Positions 60,027 through 64,000 of a stretch of DNA of 64,000 nt are shown in pieces (within the stretch, counting starts at the first letter, position 1; each line of letters opens with the position of its first letter). Location: positions 1,792,001 to 1,856,000 of the forward strand of contig CBDAOB010000005.1 of the NCBI GenBank assembly GCA_965197905.1, given 5' to 3'. The translations under genes and the position numbers were made by a program. Source of the DNA: Candidatus Latescibacterota bacterium. GTDB lineage: Bacteria > Latescibacterota > UBA2968 > UBA8231. The notes under the pieces are model-generated. The model was not told the DNA's origin. It was given only the letters and a program-made list of their open reading frames with translations, and did no database searches.

Positions 60027-62032
60027 TCTTCTTTTTCCTCTAGTGCGCTATTCAGTGCTTGAATCCGCGTCCGCACGTATTGCTCACGAGTGTGGTTGCC
60101 CACCGAGACCCGGAGAAACCGTCGGTAACTTTCGAGTGCTTCGCCGGGCGCTCCCAACCCCTCCCACGCCTGCGCCAGACCCAACAACATGCCCGGCTCC
60201 GCTGGCGCCATGCTCAGCGCGGCTGCATAGATCTCCTGCGCCGGCCGGTAGCGCCCGCTTTCCAGATAGATGGATCCGAGATTCATGTGGGCCCCGAGGT
60301 GATGAGGCGATCTGCTGAGCGCCTGCCGATACTGCACCTCCGCCGCCTCGTGGTTGCCGTTGGTCCAATCCAGATTGGCCAGGTTATAATATGTTTCACC
60401 GTGGTCCGGTCGCAAGAATATAGCCCGCTGGTACGCCGAGCGGGCTTCGTCGAACCTTCCCTGGCGGACATGCAAAATACCCAGTCTGCGGTGAACCTCG
60501 CCGGATGCTGGGTGGTGTTCCGCCGCTTTCCCCAGCAGATCCTCCGACATTTTCAGCTGATTGCGATCGAGATGGACCGCGGAAAGATTGATCAGGGAAT
60601 TGTGGAACGTCGGGTCGAGCTCGAGGCTTTTCTCGTAGGATCTCACCGCGGCATCGATCTGACCCAGCAACCTCAGTCCATTGGCCAGATTATAATGTGA
60701 CTCTACCACGCCTGGGGCCAGCTCGACCGCCCTCTGGTAGCGCTTCACGGCCTCCTCAACTCTGCCCGACGCCTCCAGGGCACCTCCGAGGTGCATCTGC
60801 GAACGGTACATCCCCGGGCTCTGTCGCACCGCGGCGTTCCAGAGCGTCAATTCGCTCTCCCATACCCGATTTCTTTTCGCCGTCAGCGCAGCGAGGCAGA
60901 CCACAACGGTCACCGCGGCTAGTAGGCGGAGCCGCCGGATATCGGACCATGTTGCGACTAACATGGTCACCCCGATAGCGATGCCGGCAAGAGGAAGATA
61001 GAGCCGGTGCTCGTTCACGAGCACGTTCAATGGCACAATACTAGAAGGCAGCAAAGGCAGGATGGTCCACGCGCAAACTAGCGCGGCCTTACGCCGGTGC
61101 CGTAGGGCGAACAAAGCAGACAGCAGCAGGAGCGCCGCGAAGAGAACAGGAGCCTCCCACCACACCTCCGACACGCGAAAACCGTGTTCGACGCTCAGAT
61201 GAATTGGAGCAGCGACAAGCTGCAGGTAATATGGCATCGCCTTGATCTGCGTGTATATCTGGTGCGTTAGGTCCCTGATCGGATGCCCCAACGCCGAATC
61301 AATCCCTTGTTGGACCAATGCCACGTAAGCGAGACAGACCATCCAGTAGCCCGCATTGTGCGCCCAGGGAATCGGATCTCGCTCTCGGCGCTCCCGAACA
61401 AACTCCCATACCAGTAAGGCGAGGGGTAACACCGCTGCGGTAGCCTTGCTCAACAGCGCCAGTGCGAACGCCGCCAGCGAAGCGAGGTAGATCATGCTGC
61501 CCGAATTCGATCGCTGGCGCGCACGCCATCGCAGGTAAAAGAGCAGGGCCAGCAGATACCAAAACGCCGCGAGGGATTCGGAGCGACTGCTGATGTAGTT
61601 GGTGGCTTCCGCCTGCAGCGGATGCAAACCGAACAACAGGGCGCCGAATGCTGCGGCGCGGGCATTGCCGACAACGGCGATCCCAAGCAGGTAGACGGCG
61701 ATCGCACAACTGATGTGAAGGGCAACGTTGACGAGGTGATACCCGAAGATCTCGTACCCGTGCACCCAGTGGTTCAAGGCGTAGGTGACCAGGACCAGCG
61801 GCCGGTACATGGCCCGCTCGGGCATGGACGAGAATAGGCTCGGGTCCGAGAAGAACGCGGGAATGTTCCCCAGGAGCCGAATATGGGGGTTCTCGACTAT
61901 GGAGTGGAAATCGTCGTAGTGAAAACTATTGGAGAAGGAGTTGCCGTAGGTGGCAACAATTGCCAACGTCGCCAGAAGCAGAAACCATCGACGTGTGGAA
62001 GCGGCAAGCAACGGTGCGTTCACATCTGGCAA
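60023..62032 (-). CDS. TMTC-like GT-C glycosyltransferase with TPRs, paralog 11
   Basis: FHYDDFHSI, MYRPLV, AEATNYISSRSE, PLNVLVNEHRLY, TPRs; ATGA overlap with cysK. Confidence 0.85.
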   Translation of the reverse strand: MPDVNAPLLAASTRRWFLLLATLAIVATYGNSFSNSFHYDDFHSIVENPHIRLLGNIPAFFSDPSLFSSMPERAMYRPLVLVTYALNHWVHGYEIFGYHLVNVALHISCAIAVYLLGIAVVGNARAAAFGALLFGLHPLQAEATNYISSRSESLAAFWYLLALLFYLRWRARQRSNSGSMIYLASLAAFALALLSKATAAVLPLALLVWEFVRERRERDPIPWAHNAGYWMVCLAYVALVQQGIDSALGHPIRDLTHQIYTQIKAMPYYLQLVAAPIHLSVEHGFRVSEVWWEAPVLFAALLLLSALFALRHRRKAALVCAWTILPLLPSSIVPLNVLVNEHRLYLPLAGIAIGVTMLVATWSDIRRLRLLAAVTVVVCLAALTAKRNRVWESELTLWNAAVRQSPGMYRSQMHLGGALEASGRVEEAVKRYQRAVELAPGVVESHYNLANGLRLLGQIDAAVRSYEKSLELDPTFHNSLINLSAVHLDRNQLKMSEDLLGKAAEHHPASGEVHRRLGILHVRQGRFDEARSAYQRAIFLRPDHGETYYNLANLDWTNGNHEAAEVQYRQALSRSPHHLGAHMNLGSIYLESGRYRPAQEIYAAALSMAPAEPGMLLGLAQAWEGLGAPGEALESYRRFLRVSVGNHTREQYVRTRIQALNSALEEKEE

Positions 62033-62050
62033 GTAAGCTCGTCGTCGCAG

Positions 62051-62332
62051 TCAGGCTTTGCCACCGGCAATAGCCGGCACGATCGACAGGTTGTCGCCGT
62101 TGTTCAGGGGCGTTTCGGAGCCGTCCAGAAAACGGATGTCCTCGTCGTTGACATAGATATTCACGTAACGGCGAATCTCCCCGTTCTCGTCGACCAGCTT
62201 TTCCTTGATGCCGGCAAATGACGTCTCAAGATTCTCTACCAGCTCTGCCACAGTTGCTGCGTCAATCTCTACCTCGGCCTGGTTTCCAGTCAGCTTTCGG
62301 AGAGGGGTGGGTACGTGCACCGTAATTGCCAT
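62051..62332 (-). CDS. MoaD/ThiS/CysO family ubiquitin-like sulfur carrier
   Basis: VHVPTPLR...VNIYVNDEDIRFL...IVPAIAGG-KA; GGAGG RBS. Confidence 0.9.
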   Translation of the reverse strand: MAITVHVPTPLRKLTGNQAEVEIDAATVAELVENLETSFAGIKEKLVDENGEIRRYVNIYVNDEDIRFLDGSETPLNNGDNLSIVPAIAGGKA

Positions 62333-62343
62333 TTATTCCTCCG

Positions 62344-64000
62344 TTAGAATTTGGTTGTCGCCGATATTTCTTGTGCCCTGAGACGGGCGATCCTCGCCAG
62401 CTCTAGATCCTGGCTATACCGGGCAGCGTTCTGGTACGAATAGACAGCATCCTCCGAACGTTCCAGGACCAGCTGTAGATTTCCCAGATTGAACCAGGCG
62501 TCGGCATAGGTCGAATCGATGGCCAAGGCTGCTGCGTACGCCTCCTCCGCCTCGGCAAGGTTGCTACTCTCTTTCGCGGCCACGCCCAGGCGGGACCATA
62601 AGCTCGCACTTGGCGTGGACGATACCCCCAAAGACGCCCGGTAGTACTCGAGCGCTTCTTTGGCGTTTCCACCGCGCCCGAGCGCGAGGTCACCCAAGTG
62701 TTCCAGGGCGTCCGAGTTTTCGGCGTCGAATTTCAACACCCGTTCGTATTCTTGAATAGCTTCCTGCCACTTCTCCTGGCGCACGAAAACACCGGCGAGA
62801 TTCAACCTGGCGGCAATGACATCCGGAGAGACCGCAAGCAACGCGCGGAACTGCTCTTCCGCCTGCGCCCAGTTCCCCTGACGCAGATATAACCGTCCAA
62901 GGTTGTTCCGCGCGGCGGCGTGTCGCGGCCGCAGATTCAGGGCCTTGAGATACGCATTCTCTGCTTCCGCCCATTGAGCCCGCTTGGCATGTTCGTCACC
63001 CAGGCGCAGCTGCGGCTTTAGCATCATGGGCCCTTTGCGTGCCGCGTCCCCCCACAACTGCAGCTCATCCCCCCACACCCTGTTCCGGTCTACCGTCAAG
63101 GAGGCCAATATCACAAGGTAAAGACCCACTACGACCTTTGCTACCTTGGGCCGGCAACTGTTCAGGCTCGCAAATCCCCATATCGCGATGAGGCAAAAGC
63201 CGATGCCGGCCACGTACATGCGGTGCTCGTTGACCAACACGATCAGCGGAACGACGAGCGCAGGCAACAAAGCGATCAATGCCCACAGCCAGCCAAACGC
63301 GAGCAGTCGGCTATTCCGAATGATCACTATTGCCAGGGAAACGACAAACAACCAGACGCATAGAACAACCGGTTCGTCAACTTGGCGCGACAGTGAGAAT
63401 TGCGGATCGACACTCAAGCTGACCGGCACCCCGGTCGTAAACGCGTAAAATACGAGGGCTTTCAGTTGCGTCCACAGCTGCACATCGAGCGTGCGCACAG
63501 GGGTCAACACAGCTTTCTCGATGATCGACCGCACGAAAAGTAGATACAATGCCGGCAATGCCAGAAACGGCACGTACTGTCGCCATTGGGACCGTATGCC
63601 CTCCCATCCCCGGTGCAGCCAATCGCAACTCACCAGGCTGAGAACGGCTATTCCTCCCACGGATTTTGTCAGCAGCGACAGGGCAGCGGCGCAAACAGCG
63701 CCAACATACCATCGAGCGCTGCCCATTGTGCGAAAGCGCAGATATAGAACACACGCCAACAACAGAAAGGTCGCCATCAACAGCTCGGATCTGCTGCTGA
63801 CGTAGTTGACCGCTTCGGAGTTTATCGGATGTACAGCGAACAGCAGAGCTGCTCCCCCCGCCATCTTGCGGTCCCCCATCAGTTGCAACAGAAGCAGAAA
63901 CACCAATCCGGCATTCAGCCCGTGAAGCAATACGTTGGTACGATGAAAGGCGCGGGCGTCCAGTCCGCTCGAGCTGAAGTTGAGTGCATACGTTGCCAAT
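62344..64000 (-). CDS. TMTC-like GT-C glycosyltransferase with TPRs, paralog 12 (5' end outside the window)
   Basis: TYALNF, HPINSEAVNYVSSRSE, TQLKAL, PLIVLVNEHRMY, TPRs. Confidence 0.85.
   Translation of the reverse strand, partial: LATYALNFSSSGLDARAFHRTNVLLHGLNAGLVFLLLLQLMGDRKMAGGAALLFAVHPINSEAVNYVSSRSELLMATFLLLACVLYLRFRTMGSARWYVGAVCAAALSLLTKSVGGIAVLSLVSCDWLHRGWEGIRSQWRQYVPFLALPALYLLFVRSIIEKAVLTPVRTLDVQLWTQLKALVFYAFTTGVPVSLSVDPQFSLSRQVDEPVVLCVWLFVVSLAIVIIRNSRLLAFGWLWALIALLPALVVPLIVLVNEHRMYVAGIGFCLIAIWGFASLNSCRPKVAKVVVGLYLVILASLTVDRNRVWGDELQLWGDAARKGPMMLKPQLRLGDEHAKRAQWAEAENAYLKALNLRPRHAAARNNLGRLYLRQGNWAQAEEQFRALLAVSPDVIAARLNLAGVFVRQEKWQEAIQEYERVLKFDAENSDALEHLGDLALGRGGNAKEALEYYRASLGVSSTPSASLWSRLGVAAKESSNLAEAEEAYAAALAIDSTYADAWFNLGNLQLVLERSEDAVYSYQNAARYSQDLELARIARLRAQEISATTKF

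Noticed and set aside
1..64000. CRISPR array, tRNA/rRNA, IS element or prophage
   Set aside because: I saw no regularly spaced nucleotide repeats, RNA gene signatures, transposase, integrase or phage gene set. The repetition is at protein-paralog level only.

Overview
A bacterial window, mostly on the minus strand. C-terminal T9SS-type/FlgD-Ig sorting domains and cohesin/dockerin modules suggest an FCB-group lineage such as Latescibacterota (inference). It holds 12 paralogous genes for multi-pass membrane proteins with a conserved YDD/FDD loop motif and C-terminal TPRs, resembling eukaryotic TMTC-type (GT-C fold) protein O-mannosyltransferases. Nine lie in a nearly continuous, translationally coupled array (1-18058). 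Three more flank rpsT, cysK and a MoaD/ThiS-type sulfur carrier (57290-64000). Upstream of the array on the same strand is a ~25 kb glycan-building and decorating cluster: GT4s, two DPM1-like GT2s, three AsnB-like amide ligases, six methyltransferase domains, a radical SAM/SPASM enzyme, FemAB/GNAT, acetyltransferase, deacetylase, M55 peptidase, CapA-like protein and a flippase remnant. An HNH gene heads this cluster. Further upstream are envelope genes, a cohesin + cadherin-like repeat protein behind a sigma54-type promoter, and a ~2200 aa cohesin/dockerin surface protein. The best overall reading is a candidate bacterial TMTC-based surface-protein glycosylation system encoded next to its likely substrates. 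About ten frameshifts or stops, mostly in homopolymers, indicate probable long-read consensus errors, so several 'pseudogenes' may be intact.
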